IMG/VR virus record: IMGVR_UViG_3300045988_049599 | DNA from: a virus | Length of the DNA stretch: 37,580 bases | Reading direction: 5' to 3' (one strand) | Shown here: positions 1 through 6,192 of the stretch, piece after piece | Position numbering within the stretch: the first letter of the stretch is position 1 | Layout: each line of letters starts with the position of its first letter | Made by a program: the position numbers and the translations under genes | The notes under the pieces: generated by a model | What the model saw: only the letters and a program-made list of their open reading frames with translations | Told to the model about the DNA's origin: nothing | Databases searched by the model: none

Positions 1-47
1 GACTCTTAATCAGGGTGTCCAGGGTTCGATCCCCTGATGGTCCACCA
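1..47 (+). tRNA. 3' portion of tRNA-Lys (anticodon CUU), from the anticodon loop to CCA. The 5' part lies outside the window. Also the attL core.
   Basis: Positions 1-2 (GA) end the 5' anticodon stem. The loop is CTCTTAA (T33, CTT anticodon, A37). The 3' stem is TCAGG and the variable loop GTGTC. T stem-loop is CAGGG-TTCGATC-CCCTG, followed by acceptor ATGGTCC, discriminator A and CCA. Confidence 0.7.
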
Positions 48-58
48 TAACAAAGTTG

Positions 59-90
59 ATAGCCATCGCATTTATGCGGTGGCTATTTTC
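59..90 (+). terminator. Rho-independent terminator just downstream of the tRNA 3' end, supplied by the phage side of attL
   Basis: 12-bp stem 59-70 / 75-86 (ATAGCCATCGCA / TGCGGTGGCTAT, one G-T wobble), a 4-nt loop, then a T run at 86-89. Confidence 0.6.
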
Positions 91-93
91 GTA

Positions 94-135
94 TGACCCC
101 GAAATGTATGGTGTCTTTGACCCCATTTTGACCCC
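94..135 (+). promoter_or_regulatory. Three direct TGACCCC repeats; candidate integrase arm-type binding sites in the P' arm
   Basis: TGACCCC at 94-100, 118-124 and 129-135. The same heptamer occurs twice at 37409-37427 in the other att arm, in the same orientation. Confidence 0.35.
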
Positions 136-173
136 GCCGTATATTCCCCTATTATATTAATCATTATATAAAT

Positions 174-205
174 AAAAGGGCAGCTCATTTCGAGCTGTCC
201 TTTTT
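174..205. terminator. Bidirectional hairpin terminator at the 3' end of the RHH gene
   Basis: Stem GGGCAGCTC (178-186) / GAGCTGTCC (192-200) with one wobble. It is flanked by AAAA (174-177) and TTTTT (201-205), so it has a U-tract in either orientation. Confidence 0.55.
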
Positions 206-391
206 GATTTGTTCCTTGATTTCATCGGCTTTTTCCTTACATGCCTGCTGGATGTAAGACGCCATACTCATGTCGCTGGCGTCAGCCCAAGCCTTAATCT
301 GCTCGCGTGTCCCTTTCGGCACGCGGATTGTGATCGATTCGTAGTTTTTTGCAAGCCACTTTTTATTGGCTTTTTTTCGGCTTTCTTCCAT
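185..391 (-). CDS. Small ribbon-helix-helix (Arc/CopG-like) DNA-binding protein
   Basis: 68 aa. The segment ITIRVPKGTREQIKAWADASDMSMASYIQQAC fits a beta-strand, helix, helix RHH pattern. The N and C termini are basic. Confidence 0.55.
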   Translation of the reverse strand: MEESRKKANKKWLAKNYESITIRVPKGTREQIKAWADASDMSMASYIQQACKEKADEIKEQIKKDSSK

Positions 392-509
392 TGTATTCCT
401 CCTTTAGCAACCCTCAAGTTCTTCATATTACCGCCACGGCGAAAGGGCCGGGTTAAATTTTTTTAGATAATAGCCCCGCCGATTTCTCGACGGGGTCGAC
501 GTAACTGTT

Positions 510-944
510 TTATCTAGCATCTTGTGCCTTGAAAGTCGTTACGGCTTCTTTTAACAGCTCCTTTTTAAACGTTTTCCATTCTCGGTGGTCAATCCACCAC
601 GATGCCGAATTATTTTTATAATATTTATCAGCAAATTCGTTAAGAAATTCTGCGAAATCGTCTCCAGCGCCTTTGCGGATCGCTGGTTTTTCCTTCTCGA
701 ATTCTTCGATTTTTTCTTTCCGGATCTTATTGGCCCACGCGACCTGTTTCTCAGATCCTTTTAATTCCGGAAGCTCACACTTTACAGCGAATTCTTCGGT
801 TTCCTTTTGTTTTTCTACTTTGTAGCAATCAGGGCACAGCCCATATTCTTCAAAATACTTAATTTTTCGTTCTCTTTCTTCGGATTTCCCGAAGACGTTG
901 ATGGTCCCTTGATGTCCGCAGCTGTATGTAATATTTACCTTCAT
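510..944 (-). CDS. Hypothetical accessory (moron) protein with an N-terminal Cys/His zinc-ribbon-like motif
   Basis: 144 aa with SCGH...CPDC near the N terminus. It has its own strong promoter (999-1028) and an SD (GGAGCGG) upstream of the ATG. No family recognised. Confidence 0.6.
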   Translation of the reverse strand: MKVNITYSCGHQGTINVFGKSEERERKIKYFEEYGLCPDCYKVEKQKETEEFAVKCELPELKGSEKQVAWANKIRKEKIEEFEKEKPAIRKGAGDDFAEFLNEFADKYYKNNSASWWIDHREWKTFKKELLKEAVTTFKAQDAR

Positions 945-998
945 TTTTACCGCTCCTTTCGGTTCACTTCCTGGGGTCTATCGCCCCTTTCTTGATTA

Positions 999-1028
999 TA
1001 TTGTACTGTATGTAGTACAATAAGTCAA
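999..1028 (-). promoter_or_regulatory. Sigma70-type promoter for the 510-944 gene, overlapped by a perfect palindrome (candidate operator)
   Basis: On the minus strand: -35 TTGACT (1028-1023), a 17-nt spacer, and -10 TACAAT (1005-1000). The inverted repeat TATTGTACT-N6-AGTACAATA (999-1022) covers the -10 and the spacer. Confidence 0.6.
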
Positions 1029-1084
1029 CCCCTATTTTAGATTTTTTCAGTTTTTTTCTTTTAGTTCTTTGCTCTCTGTCAATC

Positions 1085-1208
1085 AAAAGAAGCAAAAAGG
1101 CTTGCCATGCCGTTTTGGTAGACAAGCCTTTTTGCTTAATCGGGTACTAACGTACTAATCAATTTTACAATTTCAACCCTCGCGGTCAGAATATCTCTGC
1201 CGTGACTT
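1085..1208 (-). ncRNA. Candidate small non-coding transcript: an orphan promoter-to-terminator unit with no ORF
   Basis: A strong minus-strand promoter at 1215-1242 is followed about 120 nt later by the 1094-1133 terminator. There is no ATG-initiated ORF in between. Confidence 0.25.
1094..1133. terminator. Hairpin terminator (11-bp arms)
   Basis: AAAAAGGCTTG (1094-1104) pairs with CAAGCCTTTTT (1123-1133). T-rich tracts follow in both orientations. Confidence 0.5.
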
Positions 1209-1214
1209 GACTAT

Positions 1215-1242
1215 AGTATACCACCTCTAGCAAAATTTGCAA
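1215..1242 (-). promoter_or_regulatory. Sigma70-type promoter with an extended -10
   Basis: On the minus strand: -35 TTGCAA (1242-1237), a 16-nt spacer, TGG, then -10 TATACT (1220-1215). Confidence 0.45.
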
Positions 1243-1280
1243 TAAAAAAATAGCCCCTGGCCACGCTCATGACCAGGGGC
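1243..1280 (-). terminator. Rho-independent terminator ending the lysis and late operon
   Basis: On the minus strand, stem GCCCCTGG / CCAGGGGC (1280-1273 / 1260-1253) is followed by TATTTTTTT (1251-1243). Confidence 0.7.
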
Positions 1281-1312
1281 TTGTTACATTATTATTATGA
1301 TTTTATATAGGC

Positions 1313-1603
1313 TTACGCATTAGTAGATGTAGTGCTAGTGCTCTTGCTAAGTACAAACTTAACTGCCCAAATTGTGCCGTTGATCAAGAGCGGCAAAACA
1401 AATTTATCGCGGATGGCATTCCAGCCGGCTTCGGATGCCGCCTGTGCCTGTACCTGCGTAACAAATTTATCCGCTACCGCTTCGATGGCTTCCATGCCTT
1501 CGCCTGCCAGGCTGTCTAAAATCTGAGTTTTTGCCGCATCTACTGCATCATTAACATCCAATGCAGATACCAAACCGTCACGTACTTCTGTCCATTTGCT
1601 CAT
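1313..1603 (-). CDS. Hypothetical protein with a hydrophobic C-terminal segment, downstream of the endolysin
   Basis: The ORF track gives 1313-1669. Start chosen at MSKWTEV (1603), which is preceded by GGAGGG. The C-terminal segment LPLLINGTIWAVKFVL looks membrane-associated. Confidence 0.5.
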   Translation of the reverse strand: MSKWTEVRDGLVSALDVNDAVDAAKTQILDSLAGEGMEAIEAVADKFVTQVQAQAASEAGWNAIRDKFVLPLLINGTIWAVKFVLSKSTSTTSTNA

Positions 1604-1732
1604 AATTTTCCCTCCAATTTGTCCGGACCTGTCCGATGTTGTCCGGCCAGTCCAAAAATATAAAAACAAAATTTGTTATACTAAAGAGTTAATCATCCCC
1701 TTTCGCAGCACGAAAGATAAATGATCACCTCC

Positions 1733-2308
1733 CTATAACTCAAGATACCATTCGTTCATATCCACGTTGGTGTCCCCGATGTAGCCCTGGTCACTATACT
1801 GCCAGCCAGCCAGTACATGGCCAGGGAATTCGTCTGCAAAGTCGCAATGCTGGCTATACTGTGCTACCCAGTACGGGACATACTCCGCTAGAGACGATAC
1901 ACTAATGACGTCTTCCAGAGTAGACAGGCTGGCATAGATGCCGCACGGGATGCCAGCGGCATTGACTGCATTCAAAAATGCACTGCAAACCGCTGTCGGG
2001 TCATCCGCTTCCAGACAGGCCCGGGATTCAAAATCTAACCATACGCCCATGGGCGGAATCCGCTTGCCCAACAGGTAAAGTACTTCGTTGGCTTCGGATT
2101 CCGCTTCTTCTACGGTGGATGCCTGGCTATAACAATAAACGCCCCACGGCAAATCCCTCGTTTCGCATTCAGAAACATGTCCCCACCAGGTGTCTTCGAT
2201 GCTTGTTCCTTCCGAAATTTTTACGATGACGCCACGGACTCCGTTAGCTATAGCTGTATCGTAATTCAAGTCGCGCTGGTAGTAGCTCACATCAATTACT
2301 TTTGTCAT
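1733..2308 (-). CDS. Endolysin, glycoside hydrolase family 25 (muramidase)
   Basis: The N terminus KVIDVSYYQ and the overall length and pattern (GVYCYS, WLDFE, WQYS) are typical of GH25 lysozymes. It sits directly after a holin. Confidence 0.8.
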   Translation of the reverse strand: MTKVIDVSYYQRDLNYDTAIANGVRGVIVKISEGTSIEDTWWGHVSECETRDLPWGVYCYSQASTVEEAESEANEVLYLLGKRIPPMGVWLDFESRACLEADDPTAVCSAFLNAVNAAGIPCGIYASLSTLEDVISVSSLAEYVPYWVAQYSQHCDFADEFPGHVLAGWQYSDQGYIGDTNVDMNEWYLEL

Positions 2309-2489
2309 TCATTATATCCTCCTTTTTCGTAGTGGCGGTCTTGATATTACCGCCGATGTACCCGAGCAAGCCAGAGGCGATGGACATAGATAGCTCATTT
2401 AAGCCAAAAAAGATCGCTAAAATCAGTGCTGCTACTAGTCCCATGATGACCAGGCAGTCCGCTACGTTAATTTTATCAATCATTGGCAT
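2292..2489 (-). CDS. Holin (two predicted transmembrane helices)
   Basis: 65 aa with hydrophobic helices LVIMGLVAALILAIFFGL and IASGLLGYIGG and a charged C terminus. SD spacing suggests the true start may be the third codon (2483). Confidence 0.65.
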   Translation of the reverse strand: MPMIDKINVADCLVIMGLVAALILAIFFGLNELSMSIASGLLGYIGGNIKTATTKKEDIMNDKSN

Positions 2490-2495
2490 CCCTCC

Positions 2496-2708
2496 TTAAA
2501 CATGTTGCAGTACAGATGTCAGCACTGACGCGAAAATGCCGACGACTGTTACGCTGGTGCCGAGCGTCCAGCAGATGTCACGTTTTAAATCATCGATTCG
2601 ATGATGGGCCGACTTGCCAGAATCGATTGCTTGGACAACTTCGCGGTTGAGATTTGTTAACTGCTGCTCGATTCGATCTAATTTTACTGCCAATTCGCTT
2701 TCATTCAT
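2496..2708 (-). CDS. XhlA-like lysis-associated membrane protein
   Basis: 70 aa with an N-terminal coiled coil (LDRIEQQLTNLNREV) and a C-terminal TM helix (TSVTVVGIFASVLTSVL). It occupies the position of xhlA in PBSX-type lysis cassettes. Confidence 0.6.
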   Translation of the reverse strand: MNESELAVKLDRIEQQLTNLNREVVQAIDSGKSAHHRIDDLKRDICWTLGTSVTVVGIFASVLTSVLQHV

Positions 2709-2862
2709 TGTGCGCCTCGATTCTTTCTTTTAGTGCGTTAATGCGGCTCATCTCTTCTACAAATATGTTTTCCTGGCTAATTTCAGCAGCCATTTCTTTG
2801 ATTAGTTTGCTCTGCATCTTGATGATTTCGCATTGCACATCAATCAGCTCAGTCAGTGACAT
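2701..2862 (-). CDS. Small coiled-coil hypothetical protein (53 aa; below the ORF-track cutoff)
   Basis: Hand translation: MSLTELIDVQCEIIKMQSKLIKEMAAEISQENIFVEEMSRINALKERIEAHNE. Its start overlaps the upstream stop and its stop overlaps the downstream start, suggesting translational coupling. Confidence 0.4.
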   Translation of the reverse strand: MSLTELIDVQCEIIKMQSKLIKEMAAEISQENIFVEEMSRINALKERIEAHNE

Positions 2863-2995
2863 AGTCTTCACCAACAATGGTTTTGTATTCGTCAGTCGTA
2901 ATTTTTTCTTTCACGACTGCATTCTTGACCATTTTTTTCGTCCACCATCCGGCTTCATACCATTCTTTGATTTTCGTGTACCACCACTTACTCAT
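2849..2995 (-). CDS. XkdX-like small phage protein (48 aa; below the ORF-track cutoff)
   Basis: Hand translation: MSKWWYTKIKEWYEAGWWTKKMVKNAVVKEKITTDEYKTIVGEDYVTD. The W-rich N terminus plus the ITxxEY..I.G pattern is characteristic of XkdX. SD GGAGGAG lies upstream. Confidence 0.6.
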   Translation of the reverse strand: MSKWWYTKIKEWYEAGWWTKKMVKNAVVKEKITTDEYKTIVGEDYVTD

Positions 2996-3167
2996 CGCTT
3001 TCTCCTCCTTCCGCAATATTTTTCGTTTCTGCTGTCGACAGGTCTACGCCGCTCATCATTGCGACATATGTCGTTTGTGCTACGCTCTGATTGAGCTGAG
3101 AGCGCAGGGCTCGGTTTGTTGTTTCCGCTTTCTGTAAGCGCTCTTCCATTGTGATTACCTTGAACAT
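2988..3167 (-). CDS. Small coiled-coil hypothetical protein; lies entirely within the 3' end of the RT ORF in another frame
   Basis: The ORF track gives 2988-3242. Start chosen at MFKVITMEERL (3167), 7 nt after GGAGG. The sequence reads as a natural protein, whereas the co-linear RT frame is low-complexity and R-rich. Confidence 0.45.
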   Translation of the reverse strand: MFKVITMEERLQKAETTNRALRSQLNQSVAQTTYVAMMSGVDLSTAETKNIAEGGESDE

Positions 3168-4206
3168 TTGCATCCCTCCATAAATTTCTATAGTATTCAT
3201 ACATCTTTTTGATGATGTTATAATTGTTGCCGTGTGCGGCATGAGCGGCCCAACATCGCAGGCTCACATCGGCTGTATCGCGTGGCAGCTTGCCAGTTTT
3301 GATGAGCTTGACCATCTTCTTGAGCTTTCTGCGCTCGTGATAGATTTTATCCTTACTCAGCGTGACGAGTATCTTGCCGGACGGCTTAACGCGCAGCCTA
3401 AAGCCGAGCCATTTGAAGCCACGCGACACCGGCACTACACGGCATTTTCGTGGGTGCAGCTGTAAGCGGATTTTGTCAAGCTCACGCTCGATAGCTCTGC
3501 GATATTCCGCGGCGTGTTCTTTTCCATCTGTGATGATAATAAAGTCATCCATGTACCGCGCGTAGAATCTTACGTGCAACCGCTCTTTGATAAAGTGGTC
3601 CAGGTCATCCAGCACAGCTAGCTCGATGTACTGCGCCACGTCCGAGCCTAGGCCAATGCCAACATCGCCCGGGAAGCTGTCAATGATCTGATCTACAAGT
3701 CGGCACGCCCAGTCATCACGTACGCGCTTACGGACGGCGGCTTTGGCCACATTGTGCCGCGTACTGCCGAAGAAGCTCCTGATGTCATACGTGTACGCAT
3801 AGACATTATCGCCGTAAAGTCGGTGCGCCTTTTCGAGCATCATCTTGACACGCCGGATTGAGAAACCCGGTCCCTTGCCTACCTGGCCCGCCGCGTTATC
3901 GTAGATAAAGTGGCGCGTCAATTCAGCTGCCAAGTAGTTATATAAGAGCGACCGTTGGGCCTGGCGGTCGCGGAAGCGCATGGCCACGACAGTCCGCTCT
4001 TTGGGCTCATACACTTTAAACTCAATTTGTTTGCCGAGCTTGTACGTACCGTCCAGAAGCTCTTGACGTAACTTCTCAGTGTTTACAAGACCGTTTTGCA
4101 GATACTTGATGACGCTCGCTTTCCAGCGCACGCCATTCGAGCAGTGCTGCATGGCATCGTAGAGATTCCCAAAATTTGATACAATTTCTTTTGCTGATTT
4201 TTCCAT
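2992..4206 (-). CDS. DGR-type reverse transcriptase
   Basis: 404 aa. RT motif 5 is RYMDDFIII. A DGR-clade-like motif is GIGLGSDVAQYIELAVLDDLDHFIKE (compare the LGxxxSQ...LDHF pattern). It sits about 135 nt downstream of a TR. The last ~60 aa are low-complexity and overlap another ORF. Confidence 0.9.
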   Translation of the reverse strand: MEKSAKEIVSNFGNLYDAMQHCSNGVRWKASVIKYLQNGLVNTEKLRQELLDGTYKLGKQIEFKVYEPKERTVVAMRFRDRQAQRSLLYNYLAAELTRHFIYDNAAGQVGKGPGFSIRRVKMMLEKAHRLYGDNVYAYTYDIRSFFGSTRHNVAKAAVRKRVRDDWACRLVDQIIDSFPGDVGIGLGSDVAQYIELAVLDDLDHFIKERLHVRFYARYMDDFIIITDGKEHAAEYRRAIERELDKIRLQLHPRKCRVVPVSRGFKWLGFRLRVKPSGKILVTLSKDKIYHERRKLKKMVKLIKTGKLPRDTADVSLRCWAAHAAHGNNYNIIKKMYEYYRNLWRDANVQGNHNGRALTESGNNKPSPALSAQSERSTNDICRNDERRRPVDSRNEKYCGRRRKR

Positions 4207-4341
4207 AAAATTAAAACCGTGCTGATAGCGGGGCCGGCGTAATCCGCCCGCGTCACGGCATCTTGTTTGCCTCCTTTGGAGGACGGGCTTCGCGCTCCTT
4301 GCATCGGCTCTGATTTCGCTTTCGCTACTTTATCGGGCCCA

Positions 4342-4449
4342 TGTAATCCGGGGCGACGCCGCCCAAGTTGTACGCGTTGTTGTTCCACCAGGTGCGACCG
4401 CCATCGGTGACGTTGCGCACGTTGTACGCATTATCGCAGTTCGGCGACC
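4342..4449 (-). repeat. DGR template repeat (TR)
   Basis: 108 nt aligning without gaps to 4966-5073. All 18 mismatches are T on the plus strand, which is A on the transcribed minus strand. In the VR reading frame it contains seven AAC codons. The following 4207-4341 would be the spacer RNA region. Confidence 0.9.
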
Positions 4450-4458
4450 CTACAGCGC

Positions 4459-4905
4459 TCAGCCCATGCTCTTATATTTCTCGGTATCTGATTTTTTCCA
4501 TGCAAGCAGGAGAGGCTTGACTTTATCGAGCTGTGCCGTCCACGTCGCGATGTTGACACGCTTCTTTGGCTTGCTCGTCGTATCGATGTGGCGTAGCCCG
4601 CTGAAAAGCTTGAAAGCGGTATCCATCGCGGCGCTGAGTGCGGCGATGTCCGCAATAGCTTTCTGCTGATATGTACGCCGTAGCTTTGCGCTCTCGTAGT
4701 CATTGACGTATACCGAGTTGGCTTTTGCGATATGCATCTTGGCCTGTACAGCTGCATCAATAATCTGCTGTGTCAGGCACCAGCGGTAGCGCTTTGGAAA
4801 ACGTCTTTCGTCGGTGCAGATTTGTATTGTGTAGCACGCGAGCGTATCAGCTTCGACAAGCACACTGAGTGGCGTTGTCGTGCGCTTTGATTTTGGTATA
4901 GCCAT
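4459..4905 (-). CDS. avd: Avd-like accessory variability determinant (basic four-helix-bundle-type protein)
   Basis: 148 aa, basic and helical (FPKRYRWCLTQQIIDAAVQAKMHIAKAN...). It sits exactly between the VR-bearing gene and the TR, as in the Bordetella phage BPP-1 cassette. Confidence 0.75.
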   Translation of the reverse strand: MAIPKSKRTTTPLSVLVEADTLACYTIQICTDERRFPKRYRWCLTQQIIDAAVQAKMHIAKANSVYVNDYESAKLRRTYQQKAIADIAALSAAMDTAFKLFSGLRHIDTTSKPKKRVNIATWTAQLDKVKPLLLAWKKSDTEKYKSMG

Positions 4906-4923
4906 TTCTCTTCTCCTCTATCC

Positions 4924-4947
4924 ATCCGCCGCCGTGTGGCGGCGGAT
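4924..4947 (-). promoter_or_regulatory. GC-rich hairpin or cruciform downstream of the VR; candidate DGR target-recognition element
   Basis: Perfect 10-bp stem ATCCGCCGCC / GGCGGCGGAT with a 4-nt loop, 19 nt past the VR 3' end. There is no equivalent after the TR. Confidence 0.7.
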
Positions 4948-4954
4948 TCTTCGA

Positions 4955-6181
4955 TTATTCGATTCTGCAAGCCGGGGCGACGCCGCCCAAGCCGTACGCG
5001 CCGCCGCCCCACCAGGAGCGACCGCCAACGGCGACGCCGCGCACGTAGTACGCATTATCGCAGCCCGGCGACCGTTCCCACCAGGACCATTCGGTTGAGG
5101 TGCCCTGTTTGTATTTGCGGCGGTTATCGTCTTGTTCGGCATTTATTCCTGTCTTGCCGTCACGGCGGAATTTTGTGTAGTAATCCCAGACGACCGCATC
5201 TTCGATGTCCTGCACGGCCGAGCCAGGATTAGAGTAGAAGTTATCGCCGCCGTTGAGGTTGACCATCGCCGGCAGGAAGAAGTAATCCTGTGTCGTTTCG
5301 TGACCGCCGGCGTCACTGATTTTATTGATGTCCGTGATAAGGTTCGACTTCGCGATGACAGCAAGGAAATCGGCATCGAGGTCATTCATAAAGCCCGCCC
5401 ATGTCGCATAATGCTCAGGTCGGTCAAAATCATTGCGCGGGCTCCACCATGCACCCGCGCCTGCTTTGCTGTTGAGCCATTGTCTGAGTCCAGACTGGCT
5501 CCAGCGGTTGTAGCCATAGCAGACGCGCTGCGCATGGTTGACCGTGCCGAGTGTCGCAAGGTCCGTGCCGTTGGTGCCCTCTGTAAGCGTGACCGTCTCA
5601 AGCGCTGTCGTGTCTGCCGGCTTCGAGTAAGTCGCGATACCGAGGGGCGCGAGGCTGGTATCCCAGTCCATGCCTTTTGCAAAATTGATCTGACCGCCGG
5701 CTGGCACATCTTTTGTCGTCGTAAATTGCCAGCTCTTTGTCCAGCCGGATTTGCTAGAATCCGTCCAATTTGGATCCGTGATGCCAGACGTTGAGGTCGT
5801 AAAGTGATACGTGCCGGCCGGCAGGGTCGTCTTTGCGCGGAAAATCGCCTCGCGTGAATCAAACTCCATCGTATCCATCGGCAGGCAGTCATGCGTCTGC
5901 AAGATGACGTAGTTGCCGCCCGTCTCCTCAACATCGCCGATATGTACGATGTCCCATGTCAGCGTCGTATCGCCTTTCTTGCACTGGAGCCGGTCGCCTA
6001 CGCCGTAGTATGTACGTATGCCGCCGGCACGGCAGAGATTCCGGAAGCCTTCCCAGGATCTTACCGCCGATTCTCCGGCCGCTTTAAAATGATTTTTAAA
6101 AATATCGTTTTGCGATTCGATGGCCGCGGCGATGCGCGTGTAGTCTTCACGCCGCGGAAAATTTACAATATCTGTTGCCAT
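4955..6181 (-). CDS. DGR target protein; putative receptor-binding fibre-tip protein with a C-type-lectin-like variable C terminus
   Basis: 408 aa. The C terminus carries the VR on a W-rich scaffold (STEWSWWERSPGC...). It is located directly after the fibre-like ORFs. Confidence 0.85.
   Translation of the reverse strand: MATDIVNFPRREDYTRIAAAIESQNDIFKNHFKAAGESAVRSWEGFRNLCRAGGIRTYYGVGDRLQCKKGDTTLTWDIVHIGDVEETGGNYVILQTHDCLPMDTMEFDSREAIFRAKTTLPAGTYHFTTSTSGITDPNWTDSSKSGWTKSWQFTTTKDVPAGGQINFAKGMDWDTSLAPLGIATYSKPADTTALETVTLTEGTNGTDLATLGTVNHAQRVCYGYNRWSQSGLRQWLNSKAGAGAWWSPRNDFDRPEHYATWAGFMNDLDADFLAVIAKSNLITDINKISDAGGHETTQDYFFLPAMVNLNGGDNFYSNPGSAVQDIEDAVVWDYYTKFRRDGKTGINAEQDDNRRKYKQGTSTEWSWWERSPGCDNAYYVRGVAVGGRSWWGGGAYGLGGVAPACRIE
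4966..5073 (-). repeat. DGR variable repeat (VR) at the 3' end of the target gene
   Basis: Cognate of TR 4342-4449. It encodes SPGCDNAYYVRGVAVGGRSWWGGGAYGLGGVAPAC, where the TR encodes SPNCDNAYNVRNVTDGGRTWWNNNAYNLGGVAPDY. Confidence 0.9.
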
Positions 6182-6192
6182 ATTTCATCCTC

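Noticed and set aside
999-1022. The palindrome as a LexA/SOS box
   Set aside because: It fits neither CTGT-N8-ACAG (spacing and right arm are wrong) nor the Firmicute CGAAC-N4-GTTCG consensus. It is kept only as a generic operator candidate.
2992-4206. Alternative reading of the RT as a retron or group II intron RT
   Set aside because: An adjacent TR/VR pair with adenine-only mismatches, an Avd-like gene and the LDHF-type motif all fit a DGR. No intron RNA domains or msr/msd-like inverted repeats were seen flanking the gene.
4083-4760. Minus-strand ORFs 4083-4388 and 4431-4760 overlapping the TR, the spacer and avd
   Set aside because: They overlap the TR/spacer RNA region or the better-supported Avd frame, and they translate to R/S/P-rich low-complexity sequence. 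The TR region is expected to be non-coding template RNA.
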